This document shows, in pieces, positions 1 through 8,774 of a DNA stretch of 64,000 nt. Where the stretch lies: the NCBI GenBank assembly GCA_963720495.1, contig CAVRFU010000014.1:14844-78843 (forward strand), given 5' to 3'. Both the position numbers and the translations under genes were made by a program. This DNA is from an uncultured Chloroflexia bacterium (GTDB lineage: Bacteria > Chloroflexota > Limnocylindria > Limnocylindrales > CSP1-4). A model generated the notes under the pieces. That model saw only the letters and a list, made by a program, of their open reading frames with translations, was not told the origin of the DNA and ran no database searches. Position 1 is the first letter of the stretch. Each line of letters opens with the position of its first letter.

Positions 1-263
1 CGGCATCTGCGGCCACCTCGAGGGGTCCGATCGCCAGCGAACGTCGAACCAGAAGGGCGACTAGCGGCTGACGGGCCGCCGGGCCTCGCCGGCAGTCCCG
101 GGTGGTGGTTCGGTACCAAGAAGCGCGCGAGTAAGGATGAACCTCGAAGGAGGCGGGCTGGCAAGCCGTGCTGGAGGTCGGCTGAGGGCGCGCTCCCGAG
201 CGGGCGGAGGTGTACCCTCTGGCCTCTTCGACCATCTGATACGCGAGCGAGGTGACGCGCGAC

Positions 264-1115
264 ATGGCCCGAACCATCCGCGGCGCGCTCGTCCAGGCCA
301 GCTGGACCGGCGACAAGGAATCGATGATCCAGAAGCACGAGGAACGAGCCCACGAGGCGGCCAAGGCCGGGGCCCAGTTCATCCTGTTCCAGGAGCTGTT
401 CTACGGACCGTATTTCTGCCAGGTCCAGGACGCCCAGTACTACAGCTACACGGAGCTGATCCCGGACGGCCCGACGACGAAGCGCATGCAGGACCTCGCG
501 AAGTCGACCGGGATGGTGGTCGTCGCGCCGATGTACGAGGAGGACGAGAAGGCCTCGGGCATCTACTACAACACGGCCGCCGTCATCGACGCCGACGGGA
601 CGTACCTCGGCAAGTACCGCAAGACCCACATCCCGCACGTCAAGGGCTTCTGGGAGAAGTTCTACTTCCGGCCGGGCAACCTGGGCTACCCGGTCTTCGA
701 GACGGCCGTCGGCAAGATCGGCGTGTACATCTGCTACGACCGGCACTTCCCCGAGGGCGCTCGCGCACTGGGGCTCAACGGCGCGGAGATCGTCCTGATC
801 CCGAGCGCCACCTCGCGCGGGCTGTCCGAGTACCTGTGGCGGATCGAGCAGGTCAGCCACGCCGTCGCCAATGGCTACTACGTCGGGACGATCAACCGGG
901 TCGGCATCGAATCCGACTACGGCGACGACGACTTCTACGGGCAGAGCTACTTCGTGAACCCGCGAGGCCAGTTCGTCGGTGACCTCGGATCCGCCCACGA
1001 CGAGGAGCTGATCGTCCGCGACCTCGACCTCGACCTCATCACCGAGGTCCGCAACACCTGGCAGTTCTTCCGCGACCGTCGACCCGACGCATACGCCGAC
1101 TTGACGCGTCCGTAG
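264..1115 (+). CDS. Nitrilase-family C-N hydrolase, likely beta-ureidopropionase (N-carbamoyl-beta-alanine amidohydrolase)
   Basis: Glu-Lys-Cys triad motifs (FQELF, YRKTHIP, ICYDRHFPE); clustered with dihydropyrimidinase; ATG at 264 after GAGG. Confidence 0.88.
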   Translation: MARTIRGALVQASWTGDKESMIQKHEERAHEAAKAGAQFILFQELFYGPYFCQVQDAQYYSYTELIPDGPTTKRMQDLAKSTGMVVVAPMYEEDEKASGIYYNTAAVIDADGTYLGKYRKTHIPHVKGFWEKFYFRPGNLGYPVFETAVGKIGVYICYDRHFPEGARALGLNGAEIVLIPSATSRGLSEYLWRIEQVSHAVANGYYVGTINRVGIESDYGDDDFYGQSYFVNPRGQFVGDLGSAHDEELIVRDLDLDLITEVRNTWQFFRDRRPDAYADLTRP

Positions 1116-1166
1116 TTCGCGCTACCATCCCTCGGGCTCGACCGTCTGGAGGAGGACGGTCGAGCC
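1101..1166 (+). promoter_or_regulatory. Putative sigma70 promoter followed by a 5' hairpin upstream of the LLM gene
   Basis: TTGACG (1101-1106), N16, TACCAT (1123-1128); perfect 12-bp inverted repeat 1135-1146/1155-1166 with a TGGAGGAG loop. Confidence 0.55.
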
Positions 1167-1194
1167 GCTTCATTCCCGGCCGGAGGCACGCGCC

Positions 1195-2187
1195 ATGCAG
1201 TTCGGCTTCACGCTCAAGCCCGAGCACTCGCTCGAGCGGACGCTGGCCCTGACGCGCCAGGCGGAGGCTGCCGGATTCGAGTACGGCTGGCTGTTCGACT
1301 CCCACGTCCTGTGGCGCGACCCGTACCCGCTCCTGACGCTGATGGCCGGCGTGACCGAGCGGATGCGCCTCGGGACCTGCGTCACCAACCCGGGCACGCG
1401 CGAGCCGACCGTGACGGCGTCGGTCCTGGCCACGCTCGACGAGATCTCCGGTGGCCGGATGGACCTCGGCATCGGGCGTGGTGACTCGGCCCGGCGCGTC
1501 CTCGGCAAGCCGCCGATCACGATGGCCAACACGGAGGAGGCGATCCGGGTCATCCGGGCGCTCGTGGCCGGCGAGACGATCGAGTACGAAGGCACGGAGC
1601 TGAGCTTCCCGTGGACGACGGGCTGGACGCTGCCGGTCTGGGTCGCGGGCTACGGGCCGATGGCCCTGGCCATGACCGGCCGCGTCGCCGACGGGCTCAT
1701 CCTCCAGCTGGGCGATCCCGATCTCATCCGCTGGCTCGTCGGGCAGGTCCGCGAGGCGGCCGGCACCGCCGGCCGGGATCCTGCCGCGATCCGCGTCCAG
1801 GCGGCTGCGCCGGCCCACGTGGGCGACATCGCACTCGGCCGGGAGCGCACCCGGTGGTTCCCGGCACTGGTCAGCAACCACGTGGTCGACCTGGTCAACA
1901 AGTACCCGCGCGAGCAGCTGCCCGAGGCGCTCACCGGGTACATCTCGGACCGGTCGGGGTACGACTACCACCACCACGCGGAGGTCGGCTCGGCCAACGC
2001 GTCGTTCGTCGGGGACGACGTCACGGACCGGTTCTGCATCCTCGGCGGGGTCGACGACCACGTCGCGAAGCTGCGCGAGCTGGCGGCGGCCGGCGTCGAC
2101 CAGTTCAACCTGTACCTGATGAACGGCGATGAGGAAGCGCAGCTGGAGGCTTACGGCCGCGACGTCATCCCCGCCGTCCGCGCCTGA
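1195..2187 (+). CDS. LLM-class, probably F420-dependent oxidoreductase (TIGR03842-like)
   Basis: Luciferase-like motifs GFEYGWLFDSH, LGTCVTNP, SGGRMDLGIGRGDS; GGAGG RBS. Confidence 0.85.
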   Translation: MQFGFTLKPEHSLERTLALTRQAEAAGFEYGWLFDSHVLWRDPYPLLTLMAGVTERMRLGTCVTNPGTREPTVTASVLATLDEISGGRMDLGIGRGDSARRVLGKPPITMANTEEAIRVIRALVAGETIEYEGTELSFPWTTGWTLPVWVAGYGPMALAMTGRVADGLILQLGDPDLIRWLVGQVREAAGTAGRDPAAIRVQAAAPAHVGDIALGRERTRWFPALVSNHVVDLVNKYPREQLPEALTGYISDRSGYDYHHHAEVGSANASFVGDDVTDRFCILGGVDDHVAKLRELAAAGVDQFNLYLMNGDEEAQLEAYGRDVIPAVRA

Positions 2188-2244
2188 CCGGTCCATCTGC
2201 CGCGTCCGATTAGCCCGGAGGTCAGGCTGGCGCCGGCCCGCCCC

Positions 2245-2511
2245 GTGCCCGACGATGACCGAGCATCCGGCGACCGGCTCGCGAAGGAGATGAGCGACGG
2301 TCGGATCGATGTGGAGGCAATGGAGATGATCGGTCGACGCCATCGCGATCCCTGGTGGGGCGATGAGGGCAAGGGCGCCAAGCGCACTCGCCGTCGCACG
2401 CAGGTCGAGAGCATGATCGCCCTGGCCCTGGCCATCGGCGCGTGCGGCCTGGCCGCCGCCGTGTGGCTCCGCCAGCTGGCCCCGCTCGCCAACCAGCTCG
2501 GCCTCAGCTGA
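2245..2511 (+). CDS. Small hypothetical protein with a C-terminal transmembrane helix
   Basis: Fills the intergenic gap; hydrophobic MIALALAIGACGLAAAVW; start uncertain (2245, 2290 or 2320). Confidence 0.45.
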   Translation: MPDDDRASGDRLAKEMSDGRIDVEAMEMIGRRHRDPWWGDEGKGAKRTRRRTQVESMIALALAIGACGLAAAVWLRQLAPLANQLGLS

Positions 2512-2562
2512 CCCTCCTCCACCGGTCTACCATCGGCGATCACGGATCGTCGGAGGAGACCG

Positions 2563-3000
2563 GTGATGGACGTTCCCGAGGACGCACGCTCCGCAACAGC
2601 CACCAACATGGGCCGGCCGGGCTGGACGCTTCTCGCGTCGAGTGGCGCCACGAACGGCGCCTTCGAGCTCTTCCAGGAAGTCAGGGCGATGCTCGGCGGC
2701 CCGCCCGCGCACGTCCACCGTGAGCGCGACGAGGCCTTCTACGTGGTCGAGGGTCGGTATGCCTTCACGCGCGACCACGACGAGATCGAGCTCGAGCCGG
2801 GCGGCTTCATCTTCATCCCGCGTGGCACCCGTCACCAGTACCGGACCCTGGACGCGCCTGCCCGGACACTCATCCTCATCGTCCCCGCCGGCCTCGAAGG
2901 GTTCTTCCGCGAGATGGGCGCACGGATCGGCGGTGGCGCGACTGCCCTGGAGGCGATGACCTCCCTCGCGGCGACCTATGATTCCCATCCGGTGGATTGA
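2563..3000 (+). CDS. Cupin domain protein
   Basis: HVH...EAFYVVEG and PRGTRH cupin motifs; GGAGGAG RBS. Confidence 0.8.
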   Translation: MMDVPEDARSATATNMGRPGWTLLASSGATNGAFELFQEVRAMLGGPPAHVHRERDEAFYVVEGRYAFTRDHDEIELEPGGFIFIPRGTRHQYRTLDAPARTLILIVPAGLEGFFREMGARIGGGATALEAMTSLAATYDSHPVD

Positions 3001-3040
3001 CAGGGTCGGCGAGGATCGATCCATCGCGCAGGAGGGACCG

Positions 3041-4435
3041 ATGCGCACGCTGATCACCAACGGCACCATCGTCGGCGCCGACGGTTCGACGGCCGCCGAC
3101 GTGCTGATCGACGGCGAGACGATCGCCCTCATCGGCCGGAACCTGGCAGCGACCGTGACCGCCGACGAGACCCTCGACGCGACCGGCAAGTACGTGATCC
3201 CGGGCGGCATCGACGTCCATACCCACATGGAGCTGCCGTTCGGTGGCACGTTCGCCAAGGACACGTTCGAGAGCGGGACGCGGGCCGCGGCCTTCGGCGG
3301 GACGACCTCGATCGTGGACTTCGCGGTCCAGTCGCGTGGCGCCTCGCTCCGGCAGGGTCTCGACGCGTGGCACGCCAAGGCCGAGGGCAACGCTGTCGCC
3401 GACTACGGCTTCCACATGATCATGAGCGACGTCAACGACGCGACCCTGGCCGAGATGGACGGCCTGGTCGCCGAGGGCGTCCCCGACTTCAAGCTGTTCA
3501 CGGCCTACCCGGGCGTCTTCTACAGCGACGACGGCGCGATCTTCCGGGCGATGCAGCAGACCGCGAAGAACGGCGGGCTGATCATGATGCACGCCGAGAA
3601 CGGCATGGCCATCGACGTCGTCGCAGAGCAGACCGTCGCCGCCGGCACGACCGACCCGATCGGCCACGGCCTGGCCCGCAAGGCGGTCTTCGAGGGCGAG
3701 GCGACCAACCGGGTGATCCGCCTGGCCGAGGCGGCCGGGGTCCCCGTCTACATCGTCCACCTCTCGGCCCGGGAGGCCCTGGCAGAGGTCCGGGCGGCCC
3801 GCGACCGCGGGGCCAAGGCCTTCGCCGAGACCTGCCCGCAGTACCTGTTCCTGTCGCTGGACGACCTCGGGCACGGCTTCAACGGCGCGAAGTTCGTGTG
3901 CTCGCCGCCGCTCCGCTCGAAGGACCAGTGGGAGGATATCTGGTCGGGGCTCGTGACCGACGACCTCCAGATCGTGTCGACCGATCACTGCCCGTTCGAC
4001 TTCCACGGCCAGAAGGAGCTCGGCAAGGGCGACTTCCGCAAGATCCCGAACGGCCTGCCGGGCGTCGAGGATCGGCTCGACCTGCTCCACGACGGCGGCG
4101 TGGTGGCCGGCCGGATCAGCCGCGAGCGCTGGGTCGAGATCGTGTCGACGGCGCCGGCCCGCATGTTCGGGATGTACCCGCGCAAGGGTGCGGTGGCCAT
4201 CGGGTCGGATGCCGACCTCGTCATCTACGACCCGGCACGCAAGCACAAGATCTCGGCCAAGACCCACCACATGGACGTCGACTACTCGTGCTACGAGGGC
4301 CGGACCGTCCAGGGCGGCAGCGACGTCGTCCTGAGCCGGGGCTCGGTGATCGTCCGCGACGGCGAGTTCACCGGCCGCAAGGGCCACGGCCGCTTCATCC
4401 AGCGCGCACCGGCCGACCACGCCCGGCTGGCCTGA
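3041..4435 (+). CDS. hydA: Dihydropyrimidinase / D-hydantoinase
   Basis: PGGIDVHTH, GGTTSIVDF, FKLF (carbamylated Lys), MHAENG, VSTDHCPF; AGGAGG RBS before ATG 3041. Confidence 0.93.
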   Translation: MRTLITNGTIVGADGSTAADVLIDGETIALIGRNLAATVTADETLDATGKYVIPGGIDVHTHMELPFGGTFAKDTFESGTRAAAFGGTTSIVDFAVQSRGASLRQGLDAWHAKAEGNAVADYGFHMIMSDVNDATLAEMDGLVAEGVPDFKLFTAYPGVFYSDDGAIFRAMQQTAKNGGLIMMHAENGMAIDVVAEQTVAAGTTDPIGHGLARKAVFEGEATNRVIRLAEAAGVPVYIVHLSAREALAEVRAARDRGAKAFAETCPQYLFLSLDDLGHGFNGAKFVCSPPLRSKDQWEDIWSGLVTDDLQIVSTDHCPFDFHGQKELGKGDFRKIPNGLPGVEDRLDLLHDGGVVAGRISRERWVEIVSTAPARMFGMYPRKGAVAIGSDADLVIYDPARKHKISAKTHHMDVDYSCYEGRTVQGGSDVVLSRGSVIVRDGEFTGRKGHGRFIQRAPADHARLA

Positions 4436-4442
4436 CCGGACC

Positions 4443-5381
4443 ATGGACGGCGCGGACGACGGCCGGATCGTCGTCCTCGACGGCGGGCTCGCGACCGAGC
4501 TCGAGGCGCGCGGCCACGACCTGTCGGACCGGCTCTGGTCGGCGCGGCTGCTGCTGACGGATCCGGGCGCGATCGAGGACGTCCATCTCGACTATTTCCG
4601 GGCCGGAGCGACGGTCGCCACGACGGCCAGCTACCAGGCCACGCTGCCGGGCTTCGCGGCGGCCGGGCTCGACCGGACGGCCGCGCTCGGCGCCATCCGC
4701 GACAGCGTCACGCTCGCCCGGCGCGCCCGCGACCGGTACGCGGCGGAGGCCGGTCGGGAGGACGCCACGAACCTCCTCGTCGCCGGGTCGGTCGGGCCGT
4801 ACGGCGCGATGCTGGCCGACGGCTCCGAGTACCGCGGCGACTACGATCCGGGCGAGACGGTGCTCCGCGAGGTCCACGCGCCGCGGATCGAGGCGTTGCT
4901 CGACGCCGGCGTCGACCTGCTCGCGTTCGAGACGATCCCGACCGTCCGCGAGGCGGAGGTGCTGGTCGGGCTGCTCGACGAGTTCGAGGCGCAAGCCTGG
5001 CTGAGCTATTCGTGCCGCGACGGATCGTCGACCTCGGCCGGCGAGCCCATCGCGGCTGCGATCGCGGTGGGAGACCATCCGGGGGTCGCCGCCGTCGGCA
5101 TCAACTGCACCCCGCCCCGCTGGCTGCCGGCGCTGCTGGCGGCCGCGCGATCGGCGACGGGAAAGCCCCTCATCGCATACCCGAACCGGGGCGACCGGTG
5201 GGACCCGGATGCCCGGCGGTGGCTCGCGGATGATGAGGGCGGACGGTTCGACGCCGGCACGGTGGCGTCGTGGACGGATCTCGGGGCGAGCTGGCTGGGT
5301 GGCTGCTGCGGGACCGGACCGGCGGATATCGCCGCCCTGGCCGATCACCTCGAGCGCCCGCCCGCGGCTCGCGTCTCCTGA
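4443..5381 (+). CDS. mmuM: Homocysteine S-methyltransferase
   Basis: LDGGLATELE, VAGSVGPYGA, FETIP, GINC and GGCC zinc ligands. Confidence 0.9.
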   Translation: MDGADDGRIVVLDGGLATELEARGHDLSDRLWSARLLLTDPGAIEDVHLDYFRAGATVATTASYQATLPGFAAAGLDRTAALGAIRDSVTLARRARDRYAAEAGREDATNLLVAGSVGPYGAMLADGSEYRGDYDPGETVLREVHAPRIEALLDAGVDLLAFETIPTVREAEVLVGLLDEFEAQAWLSYSCRDGSSTSAGEPIAAAIAVGDHPGVAAVGINCTPPRWLPALLAAARSATGKPLIAYPNRGDRWDPDARRWLADDEGGRFDAGTVASWTDLGASWLGGCCGTGPADIAALADHLERPPAARVS

Positions 5382-5471
5382 GGCTTTCCGGACGCACGAA
5401 CGCGGACGCGCCTCCCGCAACGTCCGCGTTCGAGTGGTGGGGATTCGGGCGTGGGCCGCCCGGTCGTCGCC

Positions 5472-5900
5472 TTAGACCGTTTCGGGTCGCCGGGCGAAGA
5501 TCCGGATGCCCGCCAGGATGATCGCCTCGACGAGCGTCCAGGCGATGAGCGCGACGAGGGCCGCGATGTCGAACACGGAGCCCTGGTCGGCGGTCACGCG
5601 GTTGAGCGAGAACATGCCGAGGAACGGCTCGACGAACGGCTGGGTCACGTTGAAGATCAGCTGGACGACGTCATTGCCGGGGTTCGCGACGAGCAGCAGG
5701 AGGACGATCCGGAGGATCAGCAGGACCTGCAGGATCCCGAACGCGAAGGTCACGATCCGTGCGGCGAGCGTCGCGCCGCCCGGTCCGGCGGGCGCATAGG
5801 CGGTGTCGGTCGTCCGAACGCTCGTCACGGCGGGTGCCGGGGCGGCGTACGGGTCGACGGTCTGGGTCTCGCGGGTGGTCGTTGTCTGGTAGTCGGTCAT
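5472..5900 (-). CDS. YggT-family membrane protein
   Basis: LLILRIVLLLLVANPGN...VTQPFVEPF pattern; GGAGGG RBS. Confidence 0.75.
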   Translation of the reverse strand: MTDYQTTTTRETQTVDPYAAPAPAVTSVRTTDTAYAPAGPGGATLAARIVTFAFGILQVLLILRIVLLLLVANPGNDVVQLIFNVTQPFVEPFLGMFSLNRVTADQGSVFDIAALVALIAWTLVEAIILAGIRIFARRPETV

Positions 5901-5996
5901 ACCGAGCCCTCCGTAGGGGGTGCCTGGACCCCAAGGCTGGGCTCGAGCGCATCACCGGCGGATGCGACGGCGTGGGACCGGCCGTTGCAATCCTGT

Positions 5997-6015
5997 GTCA
6001 CCGCCTCGCGGTGAC
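5997..6015 (-). terminator. Hairpin, putative terminator of mmsA
   Basis: GTCACCGC-ctc-GCGGTGAC just downstream of the mmsA stop. Confidence 0.45.
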
Positions 6016-6022
6016 GACGGGG

Positions 6023-7564
6023 CTAGCGCGTGCGCGGGAAGCCGAGATCGATCTTGCTGGTGCCCGGATCCGGCCAGCGCGACGTCACGATCTTGGCCCG
6101 GGTATAGAACTGGACGCCCTCGGGACCGTACATGTGCAGGTCGCCGAACAGGGAGTTCTTCCAGCCCCCGAAGCTGTAGTAGGCGACCGGCACCGGGATC
6201 GGCACGTTGATCCCGACCATCCCCGCCTCGACCTCGAACTGGAACTGGCGCGCCGCGCCGCCGTCGCGGGTGAAGATCGCGGTGCCGTTGCCGTACGGGT
6301 TGTCGTTGACGAGCCGGACCGCCTCCTCGTAGGTCTTGACCCGCATGACGGTCAGGACCGGCCCGAAGATCTCGTCCTTGTAGGCGTCCATCGCCGGCGT
6401 GACATGGTCGATCAGCGAGACGCCCAGGAAGAACCCGTCCGACTCGTCGTAGAGCGGGTGCTGGCGGCCGTCGGTGACGACCGTGGCGCCCTGGGCGGGG
6501 CCGCTGTCGAGGTACGACGCGACCTTGTCGCGATGCTGCTTCGTGACGAGCGGGCCCATCTCCGAGGCCGGATCGCTGCCGGGCCCGACGGTGATCCCGG
6601 GCAGGCGCGCCTGGATCGCCTCCACGAGCGGGTCGGCCACGTCGCCCACGGCGACGATCGTGGCGACCGCCATGCAGCGCTCGCCGGCGGAGCCGTAGCC
6701 GGCCGAGACCGCCGCGTCCGCCGCCATCTCGATGTCCGCATCCGGGAGCACGATCATGTGGTTCTTGGCGCCACCCAGCGCCTGCACCCGCTTGCCGGCC
6801 GCCGTGCCGGTCTCGTAGATGTAGCGCGCGATGGGCGTCGACCCGACGAACGAGACCGCGGCGATGTCCGGGTGCGCGAGGATCGCGTCGACCGCGACCT
6901 TGTCGCCGTGGACGACGTTGAAGACACCGGCCGGGACGCCGGCCTCGTCCAGCAGCTCGGCCAGGAAGTTCGCCGCGGACGGGTCCTTCTCCGACGGCTT
7001 GAGGATGAACGTGTTGCCGGTCGCGATGGCCGTCGCGAACATCCACATCGGGACCATCGCCGGGAAGTTGAAGGGCGTGATCCCGGCCACCACTCCCAGC
7101 GGCTGGCGGATCTGGTAGACGTCGACCCCGCCCGAGACCTGCTCGGAGAAGCCGCCCTTGAGCAGGCTCGGGATGCCGCACGCGAACTCGAGGTTCTCGA
7201 GACCCCGGGCGATCTCGCCCAGGGCGTCCGAGGGGACCTTGCCGTGCTCCGCGGTCAGCAGCGCGGCGATGTCCGTCCGGTGCGCCTCGACCAGGTTCCG
7301 GATCCTGAACATGATGTCGGTGCGCTTGGAGAGCGATGTCGCCCGCCAGGCGGGAAAGGCCGCCTTGGCCGCCGCGACGGCCGCGTCGACGTCCGCGCTC
7401 GACGCGAAGTCGACGTGCTTCGTCAGACGACCGGTGGCCGGGTCGTAGACCGGACCTTCCCGGCCCGCGGTGCCGGCCACGATCCGCCCGCCGATCCAGT
7501 GGCTGATCCGGCCGGGCTCGGGCGCATCGGCGCGGCTGGCGTTGGGGGCTTCGACCTGTGTCAT
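6023..7564 (-). CDS. mmsA: CoA-acylating (methyl)malonate-semialdehyde dehydrogenase
   Basis: GITPFNFP, LKPSE, FVGST, GGAKNH, GERCMA (catalytic Cys), EIFGP; real start is MTQVEAP inside the long ORF. Confidence 0.93.
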   Translation of the reverse strand: MTQVEAPNASRADAPEPGRISHWIGGRIVAGTAGREGPVYDPATGRLTKHVDFASSADVDAAVAAAKAAFPAWRATSLSKRTDIMFRIRNLVEAHRTDIAALLTAEHGKVPSDALGEIARGLENLEFACGIPSLLKGGFSEQVSGGVDVYQIRQPLGVVAGITPFNFPAMVPMWMFATAIATGNTFILKPSEKDPSAANFLAELLDEAGVPAGVFNVVHGDKVAVDAILAHPDIAAVSFVGSTPIARYIYETGTAAGKRVQALGGAKNHMIVLPDADIEMAADAAVSAGYGSAGERCMAVATIVAVGDVADPLVEAIQARLPGITVGPGSDPASEMGPLVTKQHRDKVASYLDSGPAQGATVVTDGRQHPLYDESDGFFLGVSLIDHVTPAMDAYKDEIFGPVLTVMRVKTYEEAVRLVNDNPYGNGTAIFTRDGGAARQFQFEVEAGMVGINVPIPVPVAYYSFGGWKNSLFGDLHMYGPEGVQFYTRAKIVTSRWPDPGTSKIDLGFPRTR

Positions 7565-7608
7565 GGGCTGGACCTCGACGGTTGGGGTCCCCTCACGATA
7601 CTCCGTGC

Positions 7609-7651
7609 CCCCTGCGGGCGGGTCGGCGTTCCCCTGCGGGCGGGTCGGCGT
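7609..7651. repeat. 22-bp tandem duplication in the mmsA upstream region
   Basis: CCCCTGCGGGCGGGTCGGCGT twice (7609-7629, 7631-7651). Confidence 0.85.
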
Positions 7652-7659
7652 CCCTCTCC

Positions 7660-8535
7660 TCAGGACGCCGAGGGCGGCTCCGGATCGGGCCAGGCGACGT
7701 CGAGCCCGCCGGCGGGCGTCGCGTCCGCGCGTCCGGCCGTCCGGTGGCGGCGTGCGGTGAGGACCACGAGCGCCACGGCGCAGGTCACTGCGATGGCGAT
7801 CGCGATGAGCCCGGCCGCGTTGAGGTTGCCGGTCACGGCCGGGTCCCGCCACGTGGTCGAGACCAGCGCCCGCGCCACCGCCCACAGCCCGATCGCAGCG
7901 AAGAACAGCGATCCGTCCCGGCGCCCGAAGGCCCCGACGATGAGGACCACGGTCAGGACGGCGAGGATCGCCAGCGTCGCGACACCCTCGATGGCCTGCG
8001 ACGGCACCGACGGCAGGGCCGGCAGAAGCGACCCCCACGGGCCCGGCGGGAGGTACGCGGTGGCCCACGTTTCCCGGCTCGGCACGCCCTGTCCGGCACC
8101 GGTCAGGACCATGGTCAGCTTGCCGGCCCCGAGGACGAACAGGGCCGGGGCCGCCGCCAGGTGCAGCCAGCGCCCGATCGTGCCGCCGAGGAGGCTCGCC
8201 ACGTAGGCGCCGCTGATGAACCCGCCCACGACCGCCAGCCCGAGCTCCAGACCGCCGAGGGCCGGGTCGAGCAGCCGGTCCAGGGCGCCCGCGTAGTACG
8301 TCTCGTGCAGGAGGAGGTAGCCGAGCCGGCCACCGATGACCGCACCCGGCACGATGCCGACCGCGACGAACGCGACGTCGTCGGCGCGGAGCCCGCCCGA
8401 TCGGGCCAGGATCCCGGCCAGGATGAGAGCCGTGACGATCACGGCGATCAGGGCGAGAGTCCCCCACCGGACCATGAGGCCGCCGAACAGCTCGGTGTAG
8501 GGATCGAACTGGAACGTCAGGACGGCGATCGGCAC
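7660..8535 (-). CDS. Lgt-family membrane protein with degenerate catalytic motifs
   Basis: FQFDP N-terminus, GAVIGGRLGY, 7-TM pattern; the RxGNFxNxE and HPxQLYE motifs are replaced; start uncertain (8535 or 8556). Confidence 0.7.
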   Translation of the reverse strand: MPIAVLTFQFDPYTELFGGLMVRWGTLALIAVIVTALILAGILARSGGLRADDVAFVAVGIVPGAVIGGRLGYLLLHETYYAGALDRLLDPALGGLELGLAVVGGFISGAYVASLLGGTIGRWLHLAAAPALFVLGAGKLTMVLTGAGQGVPSRETWATAYLPPGPWGSLLPALPSVPSQAIEGVATLAILAVLTVVLIVGAFGRRDGSLFFAAIGLWAVARALVSTTWRDPAVTGNLNAAGLIAIAIAVTCAVALVVLTARRHRTAGRADATPAGGLDVAWPDPEPPSAS

Positions 8536-8718
8536 GGTGGCGATGAGTGTAGCCAACGTGAGACTGTCGGCTTGCCGACAGCTGGGCTGTCGGCGCACGA
8601 CTCGCCCGGTCGCGGTCGCTCGGACATCATCCGGCCTAACGGGGAATCGGACGCGGGACGTCCGTCCCTCGCGGCCAATCCGTTGCGACGGGTCTGGGGG
8701 CCCGGCCGCACGCGATCT

Positions 8719-8755
8719 GCACGTCCGGCCCAGGGTTGGGGAGGGCCGGACGTGC
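8719..8755. promoter_or_regulatory. 13-bp perfect inverted repeat upstream of the SARP gene
   Basis: GCACGTCCGGCCC - 11 nt - GGGCCGGACGTGC. Confidence 0.5.
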
Positions 8756-8774
8756 GCCACTGATCGGAACGACG

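Noticed and set aside
6023-8467. 814-aa ORF as an extended MmsA
   Set aside because: The N-terminal part is an Arg/Pro-rich shadow frame of the Lgt paralog; the ALDH domain starts at 7564.
8620-8660. CCGGCCTAA resembling a c-di-GMP-I riboswitch
   Set aside because: The GGCAAAC / GAAA / GCAAAG elements and the P1 stem are missing.
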